This document shows, one piece after another, positions 38,986 through 48,057 of a stretch of DNA of 54,388 bases; position 1 is the first letter of the stretch; each line of letters starts with the position of its first letter. Source of the stretch: an uncultured virus (IMG/VR IMGVR_UViG_2061766007_000491) (lineage: Duplodnaviria > Heunggongvirae > Uroviricota > Caudoviricetes). Location: IMG/VR virus record IMGVR_UViG_2061766007_000491. The stretch is one strand, 5' to 3'. The notes below the pieces were generated by a model. That model was not told where the DNA came from, ran no database searches, and worked only from the letters and a program-made list of their open reading frames with translations. Made by a program: the position numbers and the translations under genes.

Positions 38986-40362
38986 ATGACAATTCTTTTC
39001 AAAGACATTAAGAAAGCTCTCGGATTTTTGCACATTACAGGCAAGGAAAGCCTGTGGGCAGCCAGGAACGTACTGGTGAATATCAGTGCGGACAGTGTGA
39101 AGTTTTCCTTTGCGACACCCTTCGAGTACAAAACGAAGGATAGAATCTGCTGTGACCCAACAGAATGGCTAAATCGGGTTGCAGAGGACGAGAACGAGGG
39201 ACACAGACTCTACACTGTAGAGAATCTGGGATGCCAGATTATCGTAGATATTTATACCCAGGACTATGGGTATCAAGTACCTATCAATGAGTTTGTGGGT
39301 GACGTGAGTGTGTTTCAGGCGTTGCTCTCCGAAAAGAAGCTCAAGACAGTGGAGTTGTTTGTGGACACTGACCATAAGTGTTGGGGTTTTAAGACTCCTA
39401 CAGGTGTTGAGATAACCAAGGGTGAGTTGAAGGACACGACTGTGCTGGGCAAGACAAAGTATCTGTATAGTCTGCCTGTGTTGCAAAATCCAGAGGAAAG
39501 CCCGATAGGTCTCTTTAATGGTGAGGCTAAGAAGGTATTGGATGCCTGTCCGCAAGCGGAAGAGTCTCTGCGTTCAGAAGAGTCTAGCCGTTGTGTGTTG
39601 CAGGGTATCAATCTGAGGGCAAAGGGTGACTTCTGGTATGCGTACAGCACCGATGGACGTACCCTGACGGAGTACGAGATCAAGACTCCGAACAACCTGA
39701 CTGTGGTGTCTGAACCGTTTAACCACTTCTTGCTGAACGTGTTGAAGTGGAAAGCGATTGCAGGGTTCAAAGAAGTGCGACTCACACCGTGCTATGTGCA
39801 AGCGAACCCGAATGCAAAGACCGACTCGGCTAAGGATGAGAAGCGGGCGTGTTATGTGCAGTTGGAAGAGGGGTCACTGAACATTGAATTTGTGATACTG
39901 GAACAGGAAGGTGCGTTCCCTGCGGTGGATAGGGTGATTCCTGATAAGCCTATGAAAAACCATATCGAGATAACCAATTACGATGTAGAGGCTATCTGTG
40001 ATACATTCTACAACAGCTTTTCTAATACGAAGTATCACAAGCTGAGTGAGAGTAGTGAGGAAAACCTGTATATCTACTTCCAAGCGGACGAGACTGATCG
40101 CTTAGTGGTGACTATTAAGCAACGGTCGTATAAGAAGGATGCCCAGACCGTGAAACAGCGTGAATTGAAGCTGAGTCCAGCGTTTCCGAAGCTGGGTGAT
40201 ACGGGGTATATGTTCTTTAATGCTAAACTTTTTGTCAATTTGCTCCGTGAATTGACAAACAACGGCGAGGACGTGGTTCTCGAATTTGATGACCAGTATA
40301 GTCCTGTAGTGCTGACCTCAACGGTTGGCAAGGCGGTTGTGATGCCGATGCGGAGTATATAA
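38986..40362 (+). CDS. DNA polymerase III beta-clamp-like protein
   Basis: SRCVLQGINL, STDGRTL, GAFPAVDRVIP, FNAKLF, C-terminal VVMPMR; strong AAGGAGG RBS. Confidence 0.8.
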   Translation: MTILFKDIKKALGFLHITGKESLWAARNVLVNISADSVKFSFATPFEYKTKDRICCDPTEWLNRVAEDENEGHRLYTVENLGCQIIVDIYTQDYGYQVPINEFVGDVSVFQALLSEKKLKTVELFVDTDHKCWGFKTPTGVEITKGELKDTTVLGKTKYLYSLPVLQNPEESPIGLFNGEAKKVLDACPQAEESLRSEESSRCVLQGINLRAKGDFWYAYSTDGRTLTEYEIKTPNNLTVVSEPFNHFLLNVLKWKAIAGFKEVRLTPCYVQANPNAKTDSAKDEKRACYVQLEEGSLNIEFVILEQEGAFPAVDRVIPDKPMKNHIEITNYDVEAICDTFYNSFSNTKYHKLSESSEENLYIYFQADETDRLVVTIKQRSYKKDAQTVKQRELKLSPAFPKLGDTGYMFFNAKLFVNLLRELTNNGEDVVLEFDDQYSPVVLTSTVGKAVVMPMRSI

Positions 40363-40426
40363 GTAAGTGTATTGCCTAACAGGGGACTATCTGAGTGGGT
40401 AGTCCCCATAGGCGAAAGCGAGGTGT

Positions 40427-40669
40427 GTGATGATACCTGGGAAGTGGAATAGAGACGATGGACGTATCGAAGTGCCAGTGGGCGAGGTGATACGTCACAG
40501 TGAACATGAGGGACGTACAAAAGACGGTGAGTTTCACAGCATTAGATTGAAGTGCGTGGAAGTGCCAGACCGCTTTTGTGAGTCGTGCGAGTGCGATGAG
40601 TATTGGTGTAAGCGACTGTGCTGTGATAAGTTACAGCGCAAAGACAAGAAGGATGTCATCTTTGTATGA
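40427..40669 (+). CDS. Small Cys-rich protein, paralog of 40666-40899
   Basis: VPVGE...CESC...C...C...RKDKKDVIF. Confidence 0.65.
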   Translation: MMIPGKWNRDDGRIEVPVGEVIRHSEHEGRTKDGEFHSIRLKCVEVPDRFCESCECDEYWCKRLCCDKLQRKDKKDVIFV

Positions 40670-40899
40670 AGATAAAGGATGATTACGTTATACTGGACAG
40701 GGAGGGGAATATCTATTACGATATTCCTGTAGGTGAGAGTTTTGTGTCGTATAAGAGGCGTTTTGAGGTTGTGGCAGGTGATCGCCCGAAGTGTTCTTGG
40801 TGTGCTTTGGCGAAGTTGCCAGGAGTATGTAAGAAAATGTATTGTCTGAGCCATGAGCGCAAGGACGGTGCGGATGTGTATTTTAATGAGGTGTTATGA
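40666..40899 (+). CDS. Small Cys-rich protein, paralog of 40427-40669
   Basis: IPVGE...CSWC...C...C...RKDGADVYF. Confidence 0.65.
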   Translation: MKIKDDYVILDREGNIYYDIPVGESFVSYKRRFEVVAGDRPKCSWCALAKLPGVCKKMYCLSHERKDGADVYFNEVL

Positions 40900-41621
40900 C
40901 AGATATTAGTTTTTGTGTAAGTTGGTCTAACTTTGTGCAGACCGTGAATGAGAAGCTGGAACATGGACTTGAGGATGGTACGTTCAAGTCTAACAAGGTC
41001 GAGATATGTGTGGATGAGGATGTTGTCAAGAAAGTGGGCTTTGATCTGATAGTGAATGAAGCTGTTGGTCAGATAAAGGCACATATCAGGGCTATGGGCA
41101 AGGGTGATGGCGGTAGGATTGATGTGGAGTATAGGGATGCCAGCTTTGATATTGTAGAAGGGAGTAAGGCTCGCTATGCAATTATAACGGATAATAGTGT
41201 TAGGGTCATGGTGGTGTCTAACCTGTGTACTAAACTTAGTATGAGTCACCCTGTGCTGGACAGCATCTTTAAGCAGGTGTGTGGTTCATTAGGAGAACTG
41301 ATGCGTACAGAGTGCAGAAAGGAGAATCTGGAACGGTGGAAGCACAAGGAAAACGTGGTTAAGATGTGTGTGCAGAGAACAGTGAGTAATGAACTGACGT
41401 TCTTTGCAAAGCATAACTTGGCTTATACAGTTAAACCTGGTACATTCAACAGTACATGGGATGTGGAGTTTAGTGAGAAGCATGAGACCTATACTCTGAC
41501 AGTGGACTTGGATATGTTTCTGGGTACGATCAAGGTGTATGTCCTGAACACTGCCAAACATAATGAGGTAATGGTATCGGAAACACTTGAATTTGAGAAA
41601 GTAAATGAGCATAACGACTAA
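40896..41621 (+). CDS. Hypothetical protein
   Basis: 241 aa, ATGA-coupled. Confidence 0.65.
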   Translation: MTDISFCVSWSNFVQTVNEKLEHGLEDGTFKSNKVEICVDEDVVKKVGFDLIVNEAVGQIKAHIRAMGKGDGGRIDVEYRDASFDIVEGSKARYAIITDNSVRVMVVSNLCTKLSMSHPVLDSIFKQVCGSLGELMRTECRKENLERWKHKENVVKMCVQRTVSNELTFFAKHNLAYTVKPGTFNSTWDVEFSEKHETYTLTVDLDMFLGTIKVYVLNTAKHNEVMVSETLEFEKVNEHND

Positions 41622-42795
41622 AAAAGGTGATGCGGGGATGACCGACATTCTGTTCGGTCAACGTGTGCGGAAGGATGACCTGCATATCCAGACCGTTGGG
41701 GCTATGGATATGTTTCAGGCACAGTTAGGCGTTATCCGTGCGAGAATCCCAGGCTGGAAAAAGAAGTGGGATGCGGTCAAGGATTGTAAGGACAGCACTA
41801 CAAAGGAATGGTCTGATGGGTTCTGGGACACGCTGGAAGGTGTGATCTATCGGGCAGAGATTGACCTACAGGCTGCAATGGGTGTATGTTCCACACCTGC
41901 GAGGGTCGAGAACAAGGTCACAGTGCAGTGGGGTAAGTTGTTCACCGATGAAAAGATAAAGCCGATGGAGGACTTGATACACTCTACAGAGAGTGTGTTA
42001 AAGGAAGCTGTGAAGGAAGGTGAAGTCAAGTGCGGGTTCTTAAAATCGAATTGGCTCGTTCCAGGCAGTGACCCTGTGAGCGCACAGTTTAACTTAGCCA
42101 GAACCTATTGCAGACACGCAGAGAGTTGTGTGTGGAATCTGGTGCTGAATAGATACCTGACTGATCGCTTAGAGCTTGCTGAGAGAGTGGCAAAGTGGCT
42201 GAACCGTTTGTCTGATGTGTTGTTTATCCTGACTCGGTATCTGGCCGAGCGAGTGATTCCACAGTATCGGTATTGGATGCACGAACGGAATAAGGCAAAT
42301 AACGAACGGAAACACCCCAAGAAGCTCTTTAAGGAGCTAAAGAGGGTAAAGACACTCACCCCACTGCAAAAATCCCTTGTATGGCGAATTGAGAACGCTT
42401 ATAAGCAAAATGATCTCATAGCCCAGAGACGGGATAAGCTGGTGCGGTATTTTATCCAGAAGGTTATAAAGCCGACTGTGAGGGTGAAGGACTGGAAGGG
42501 TCGGTATAGCCAATATACGATGATGACTTGTCAGGTATTCTTAGAGTTGGCGCAGAATCTATCGGATGCGGTGAAGCAGTGCAAGTGGGACTGGTTAGAG
42601 TTCTTTCATGCAAAGGGCGAGGGCTGGGATAAGATGGTGCTGGACGTGATTATCTATAGCAGTGAGGATAATTATGCGAAGTATGAGTACCTGTTTGATG
42701 TGCATTTGGATTGCTTGAAGCTGAAAGTGTACTATACCGATTATGAGACTAAAACGCTTATAACGGAGAAAAGTTTTTCTTATGAGAGTGTTTAG
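41605..42795 (+). CDS. PduO-type ATP:cob(I)alamin adenosyltransferase with an extra C-terminal domain
   Basis: ITTKKGDAGMT, RVRKDD, LARTYCRHAE, WLNRLSDVLFILTR; ~180 extra aa. Confidence 0.85.
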   Translation: MSITTKKGDAGMTDILFGQRVRKDDLHIQTVGAMDMFQAQLGVIRARIPGWKKKWDAVKDCKDSTTKEWSDGFWDTLEGVIYRAEIDLQAAMGVCSTPARVENKVTVQWGKLFTDEKIKPMEDLIHSTESVLKEAVKEGEVKCGFLKSNWLVPGSDPVSAQFNLARTYCRHAESCVWNLVLNRYLTDRLELAERVAKWLNRLSDVLFILTRYLAERVIPQYRYWMHERNKANNERKHPKKLFKELKRVKTLTPLQKSLVWRIENAYKQNDLIAQRRDKLVRYFIQKVIKPTVRVKDWKGRYSQYTMMTCQVFLELAQNLSDAVKQCKWDWLEFFHAKGEGWDKMVLDVIIYSSEDNYAKYEYLFDVHLDCLKLKVYYTDYETKTLITEKSFSYESV

Positions 42796-43138
42796 AGGAA
42801 TGGCTTATGAAGCTATGAAGTACAGTATCACTCATGCTTTGCTGTATAGCGGGATGTATCGCTATTACGATAATTATTGTACGGACAGAGCGGTACGAGC
42901 GTGTGGTGAAGAGTACAAGCTGATGTTGCAGAGAGACTTGAAGGAGTGGGGCTGGACGTATCTAGGTATGCGGTCTGTCCCACCGCCGTCTAAGTGTAAG
43001 GTGCGCTTGGTAGGCATAGATGTGATGAACGATGAGTCTGGGCGCAGGGAGACGTATAGGTTTCAGGTGGATGCAGGTATGTTTCCTTTATTTGAAGTAC
43101 GACCGATTTTAGTGAACTCATGGCAGGGTTCACACTAA
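42782..43138 (+). CDS. Hypothetical protein
   Basis: 118 aa ORF. Confidence 0.55.
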   Translation: MRVFRGMAYEAMKYSITHALLYSGMYRYYDNYCTDRAVRACGEEYKLMLQRDLKEWGWTYLGMRSVPPPSKCKVRLVGIDVMNDESGRRETYRFQVDAGMFPLFEVRPILVNSWQGSH

Positions 43139-43178
43139 TGTCACGCTGAATAAGTGTGTGGATTGAAACGAGATAAAT

Positions 43179-43484
43179 ATGAGTAAAAGAAAAGTAGTAG
43201 TGTTCGGTAATGAGGCCGATGTTGTGTATAAACTCAAACGTGAGCAGAGTGCGGTTTTAGGACGGTACAATAAGCTGATTACGTTTATGGCGAGCGATGC
43301 GTTCAAGAAACTGCCTGGCGTGGAACAGGAATTGATGTATCACCAGAAGTTTTGTATGCTGAACTATAGTTATTGCTTGCAGAAGCGAATGAACGAGATC
43401 GAAAATAGGCGCAATGCTTTCGAGGCGAGCAAGGCAAAGAAGCTGTGTAAGTGTGCTAAGAAAGCAACGAAGCCTAATGCCTAA
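43179..43484 (+). CDS. Small helical phage protein
   Basis: KLITFM...FKKL...EQELM..Q...M..Y...L..RM pattern resembling a common small phage protein family. Confidence 0.55.
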   Translation: MSKRKVVVFGNEADVVYKLKREQSAVLGRYNKLITFMASDAFKKLPGVEQELMYHQKFCMLNYSYCLQKRMNEIENRRNAFEASKAKKLCKCAKKATKPNA

Positions 43485-43667
43485 TGATTCAAGTCTCTGG
43501 TTGTTCTTGGTTGTGTTGTTGGTGTTGACAATATATTCAGGTACAAGTAGATAAATGGATGCAACATTGATTAGTATGTTACTACTGTTTGTGGCTAATA
43601 TGTTAGCGACTTACGGACTGGTGACAGAGGATGACAGTGTGATCGGGTACATTGGATTGGCTGGTTC

Positions 43668-44108
43668 ATGCCTGATGGGTCTGGTCACACTGGTTATTTA
43701 TTTGATGGAATACCATATACATTTATGAATAATTGGTCGGGTAAAGAGAAGTTGGAGATACGAGACTGGCATACCTTTGGGGAATGGCTGGCCTGTGGGT
43801 TAGAGTGTTATATGCTCTATAGAGGGATATATACGTTTTATCGGTTAGCACCATACCTGAGCTTTTCGGATAATTGGTATGACATGGTTATGTATTTTGA
43901 CGCTGCGCTAAAGGATGCACAGTTGCCTATGGATATTGTATCAGAGTATTCAGTTAAGCATGAAGAGGATAAGACTATAGACTTGTACTTTATGTGTAGG
44001 CGCAGAGCCGTGTGGAGTACCGTTATGTGCGCATTGCGTTTGACAGTGGAGTATGGTCAGGAACCTATGTTTGAAGTAAAAGTGTCTGGGGTGTACGTTC
44101 AGCCGTGA
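43668..44108 (+). CDS. Hypothetical protein
   Basis: ORF; start uncertain. Confidence 0.55.
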   Translation: MPDGSGHTGYLFDGIPYTFMNNWSGKEKLEIRDWHTFGEWLACGLECYMLYRGIYTFYRLAPYLSFSDNWYDMVMYFDAALKDAQLPMDIVSEYSVKHEEDKTIDLYFMCRRRAVWSTVMCALRLTVEYGQEPMFEVKVSGVYVQP

Positions 44109-44284
44109 TGACTGTCTATTTTATAAAGACCGCTTTTGCGGGTTTGAATGGTTGGAATCTATGTCATAGTGGTTTCAGTAATGACGGCTATAGTGGATGC
44201 AGTGCTGTTCCAAGACGGTGCTACTTTTCTTCTTAGTGCGTTGGGTGTGGTGTTTGGCAGTGCGATTTATTTGAGGGAGTTATT

Positions 44285-44515
44285 ATGAGAGTTGCTGATG
44301 AGTGTGTGTATGGGAGACCAGTGGTTATCCCTGATGAGGTGTATGAACCGCAATTCATTGAGTGTTTGACGAAACAACAGGCATACGATCTCTTAGAGAA
44401 GTTCTGGCAAAGAACAGGCTTTAGTGTTGTGATCGAGAATGATGAAGGGTTTGTGTATGAGGATTGCGGTGATTATTTAGTCTGTACTAACATTGTGAGT
44501 TATAGAAGGAAATGA
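44285..44515 (+). CDS. Hypothetical protein
   Basis: GAGGGAG RBS; ATGA overlap with the next ORF. Confidence 0.6.
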   Translation: MRVADECVYGRPVVIPDEVYEPQFIECLTKQQAYDLLEKFWQRTGFSVVIENDEGFVYEDCGDYLVCTNIVSYRRK

Positions 44516-44700
44516 CTACCGTACAAGAGATTATCGTTATATTCACGGCGGTTTTATCACTCGCCTGTGCTATTTTTGTGTTGTATGCTCTGAATAAAAT
44601 GTGGAAAGGGCTGACGGTGCTGGGTAAGACATGGTTTTTCTGTCTGTTTACAGAGGCATTGATTTTTACGACCTATGCTGTATATGTTCTGTTTAAGTAA
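44512..44700 (+). CDS. Small membrane protein
   Basis: Two TM segments. Confidence 0.6.
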   Translation: MTTVQEIIVIFTAVLSLACAIFVLYALNKMWKGLTVLGKTWFFCLFTEALIFTTYAVYVLFK

Positions 44701-44702
44701 TT

Positions 44703-44885
44703 ATGAGTGAGGCATTACAGACAATAGTGTTTTTAGTGAGCGCAGTAGGCTGGCTATGCTGTTTAGGGGTGTGGTTGCACGAGGAAGAGGGTGAAAACAG
44801 AGTATGGCCTTTTTGTGGGTTTATAATTTTTTTCGGTATTTTTGTAACTTTTTTTGTTATTCACTTGACAGGAGTGTGTGGATGA
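44703..44885 (+). CDS. Small membrane protein
   Basis: Two TM segments. Confidence 0.6.
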   Translation: MSEALQTIVFLVSAVGWLCCLGVWLHEEEGENRVWPFCGFIIFFGIFVTFFVIHLTGVCG

Positions 44886-44893
44886 CATAAAAT
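44865..44893 (+). promoter_or_regulatory. Sigma70-like promoter upstream of the RNA gene region
   Basis: TTGACA-N17-TAAAAT. Confidence 0.6.
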
Positions 44894-45008
44894 GCGTGTG
44901 TTGTTAATCCCATAACAACATGATCGCCAAAGTAGGGGTACTGGTGCGTTAGGTATGTTTATGAACGCATGAACAGCCAGAAAGGTATCACGAAAGAGGC
45001 GGTCAATG

Positions 45009-45122
45009 ATAGAGGGTCATGCGAGTCACACTTGCGCCCGTTTAGCATTGGGGAATGCGGTTTACGAAGTGGGTTCGACACTCACAGGACGCCCGTGACT
45101 TGGGTAAACCATGAATCTCTAT
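45009..45122 (+). ncRNA. Putative structured RNA with a tRNA-like T-arm
   Basis: T-arm GTGGG-TTCGACA-CTCAC and GCATT/AATGC hairpin inside GAGTCAC/GTGACTT and ATAGAG..TCATG/CATGA..CTCTAT stems; no anticodon arm. Confidence 0.4.
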
Positions 45123-45126
45123 TTAA

Positions 45127-45203
45127 TGCCCTGTAGCTCAGTTGGATAGAGCGGGTGACTGTTAATCACTAGGGCGGTGGTTCGAGTCCACCTGGGGCAG
45201 CCA
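45127..45203 (+). tRNA. tRNA-Asn(GTT)
   Basis: TAGCTCAGTTGGATAGAGC D-arm, GGTGA-CTGTTAA-TCACT anticodon arm, GGTTCGAGTCC, encoded CCA. Confidence 0.93.
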
Positions 45204-45304
45204 TTTCTCTCTGTGATAGAGAGATTTATACAATACTTGTAAGAGGTTAGTTCTCCTTTCTTGACCTCTCTGTGTTGCAGGGTATTGTGTGTTCATATTG
45301 AATG

Positions 45305-45338
45305 CCGTGTGTAGCTAAGGTTATACACGGTTTTTTAT
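45305..45338 (+). terminator. Intrinsic terminator directly upstream of cassette array 1
   Basis: CCGTGTGTAGC-TAAG-GTTATACACGG followed by TTTTTT. Confidence 0.75.
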
Positions 45339-45341
45339 TGT

Positions 45342-46523
45342 CTGAATGGTGTTATCCGAGGTGGGCATTACAGTACAAGCAAGGTGTTATATGCTAGGTG
45401 TAGCGGATATAGGAATGCGCATAGTCATGTAGAGAGTCAAATAGGGTTTCGCTGTGAATGGTGTAGAAAGGGGTGGCAGATCAAATATAGCATCTAATAG
45501 TCAGAGGTGTGGGAGTAGGTTAGTGCATTACAGTAGGGGTACAGAGATAAGTTCCTTTGGGTTTCGTCTGTGAATGGTGTATTGATGGGAGGGGCAAATA
45601 GTAATGCAGCAATGTATGTGCGGTGTGGTGGGTATAGGAATGCAGATGGTACAAGATGGAACGCACATACAGCAGTGAGAGGGTTTCGCTGGGGTGTGAA
45701 TGGTGTAGAAAGGAGGGTGGATAGAGGTGCTAGGTGGATGTTAGCTAGTGATTATGTAAGAGCTAGTTATAGGGATGTTTCTAAGGTAGTGGCGATACAG
45801 GATATAATAGGGTTTCCCTGTGGATGGTGTATTCAGGGGTGGACGTGCAGGGTTACAATCTAGGTATATTAGGTGTGGTCTTAGGAATGGGAGTGAAGTT
45901 TTGAGTTATGGAGGTAGCGGAGTAGGGTTTCGCTGAATGGTGTAGTGAGAGGCAGTGGTTCCTATAAGGGTACGTCAGTAGTTTATTTTAGGAGTGGTTA
46001 TAGAATTGGGACTAATTTAAGGAGTAGGGTAGCAGAACACATAGGGTTTCGTCTGAATGGTGTACGAAGGGGTGGTACAGGTATAGTGTCAGTTACAATG
46101 TTTCAGGCGAACAGGGTAAGGTGTGGGAGTAGATACACTAGGCAATTTAGCGGTGATAGTAGTTTAATAGGGTTTCGTTTGGGGTGTGAATGGTGTAATA
46201 AGAGGCGGGAATTGGTCAAGGTTTCAGGGGGCAGATGCTTATAGATGTGGTCGAAGAGTAGGGAGTGTGTTAAGTAATGAAGTAGGGTTTCGTTCTGAAT
46301 GGTGCTATACGGAGTGGGAGATATAGCTACAGTCCGTTTTATATGCGAGGTGGGTATAGGAATAATGGTGCGTTGAGTTATGTGAATAAGACGTTAGGGT
46401 TTCGTTCTGAATGGTGTATATCGAGGTGCAGGTGCTATTAGTATGAATGTAATGTGGTTTAGAGGAGGTGAAAGAGGTGGGGTATATGCGAGGTCGTATG
46501 CGACTTCTAATGTAGGGTTTCGT
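45342..46523 (+). repeat. Cassette array 1: 10 variant C-terminal segments of the FGE/CLec-fold proteins
   Basis: Units start (C/G)TG(A/G)ATGGTG near 45342, 45454, 45570, 45696, 45820, 45933, 46053, 46186, 46295, 46407 and end GGGTTTC(G/C); each reads NGVxRG...GFR without stops. Confidence 0.9.
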
Positions 46524-46550
46524 TGACAACTCTCTGGGGCATGGTATAGT
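46523..46550 (+). promoter_or_regulatory. Sigma70-like promoter abutting the last cassette of array 1
   Basis: TTGACA-N16-TATAGT with TG extension. Confidence 0.65.
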
Positions 46551-46578
46551 GGGGTTGGCTATATTGTGAGGTGGGTAT

Positions 46579-48057
46579 ATGATAGATAGGAATTGGGTTA
46601 TAGATGTAGATGACATTGCTTGCTGGCTCGACCAGATGGACAATCCGCAACGGTATGGGGCGCAGAGCATGGGTAACTTCCCTGTGACGTGTGATGTGAG
46701 TTATCAGGGCAGTCCGTGTACGAATGTGTTTGGCTATTTACAGCCTGATTATGGCGGGAGTTATTGGCCTCCTGGGACGTATGCGCCTGGGTGGAGTGCA
46801 ACACTGCATAATGACGCTGTAAAGGTGACTGTGCCTGCTACATGGGGGGATTATTATTCCAGTGTAACGAGTCCTAGCAGTGGGTATCATGCGAAGTGGA
46901 TATTAGACAAGGACATACCTGGTGGCTTGATGATGGAAATGAATAATCCGTCAGGGGGCAACGGCGGTGTGGTCAACAGGGATATACGCTCTTGGGTGAA
47001 CATAGATGCGTTGTTATCACAGCAGAAGGAGTGTGTGATTAGCTTTGAGGGCAGAGGCAGTGCAGGGATGCAGGTACGCACAGCGGTTCATGGTAAGTAC
47101 GCAAGCGCAGATAGTAACGCTTTTCTGTATCAAGAGGACATTGATCTGGATGAGGCTTGGCACGAATACGCTGGACACTGGCATTGTACGGGTGTGAGCG
47201 GTTCAGGGAGTTTTTACTTTTTCGGGAATCTGGTGGCTGGACAGTTGCAGGTGCGGAATCCGATGCTGACTACAACAGGGAGGAAATGCAGATACACGCC
47301 TGGGACACGAGGGGCTACAGTGAATACGGGGGGTGGATGGCAAGATGTTACCTTTCAGGGTAACAATGTGGACTTAACAGACGGTGCTTTTGACTGGAAC
47401 GATTGGATTTTATCGCTTGGCAAATACTTCACAGATACCAGTTCCATATTGAATGTGGGGTCAGAGGTTATATCCCCGACTTATAACAGGTATAGGTTTA
47501 TCACGATTGAATGCTGGGTGCGTAAGAATAGCCTAGCCAGTGACGCTATAACGGACTGTGCCATATACGGAGCGCAGAATACAAGCGGTCTGGTGCTGAA
47601 TCGGTACGGTCAGTTTAACTTTGTATGTGCCAACAGTTCGAGCAATCTGGATAGGTATGAGTACCCTGGTATTGACAGCAATAGGATTATCCAGTATATC
47701 AATACCGATCAATGGTATCATGTCGTGCAGATGATAGGGAATAAGCACGTTTGTTATGTGAATGGTGTGAAGGTGCATGAGACGAGTGATCTGGCTTGGA
47801 ATCCCACCATAGGCACTAGCTTTAAGTTTTTACACGGAAATGCAGACTGGCTGACTCAGACAGTGAACACGAATAACAGCAAGTCCAGAGTCATGCAGAA
47901 TGGATGCTGGTCAGTGCAGTGCTTGAGAGTGTATAAACGGTTATTGACCGATGAAGAGGTTTTAGCGTGTTACAACGCTGAAAAGGAAATGTATGTGGGG
48001 GCGTTAGGTGATGCCTCTTTTGATACGAATAATATAGCGGATATAGCGTATGCTTGA
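46579..48057 (+). CDS. LamG/ConA-like lectin-domain protein with an upstream carbohydrate-binding-like domain (possible virion adhesin)
   Basis: ITIECWV, QWYHVV, YVNGV, LRVYKRLLTDEEV...YNA. Confidence 0.8.
   Translation: MIDRNWVIDVDDIACWLDQMDNPQRYGAQSMGNFPVTCDVSYQGSPCTNVFGYLQPDYGGSYWPPGTYAPGWSATLHNDAVKVTVPATWGDYYSSVTSPSSGYHAKWILDKDIPGGLMMEMNNPSGGNGGVVNRDIRSWVNIDALLSQQKECVISFEGRGSAGMQVRTAVHGKYASADSNAFLYQEDIDLDEAWHEYAGHWHCTGVSGSGSFYFFGNLVAGQLQVRNPMLTTTGRKCRYTPGTRGATVNTGGGWQDVTFQGNNVDLTDGAFDWNDWILSLGKYFTDTSSILNVGSEVISPTYNRYRFITIECWVRKNSLASDAITDCAIYGAQNTSGLVLNRYGQFNFVCANSSSNLDRYEYPGIDSNRIIQYINTDQWYHVVQMIGNKHVCYVNGVKVHETSDLAWNPTIGTSFKFLHGNADWLTQTVNTNNSKSRVMQNGCWSVQCLRVYKRLLTDEEVLACYNAEKEMYVGALGDASFDTNNIADIAYA

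Noticed and set aside
506..42359. Numerous minus-strand ORFs
   Set aside because: They lie antisense to well-supported + strand genes and show no recognisable motifs
47758..47770. GTGAATGGTGTG inside the LamG gene (similar matches near 3350 and 25610)
   Set aside because: It encodes the ordinary LamG YVNG motif, with no RGG or GGGTTTCG at cassette distance
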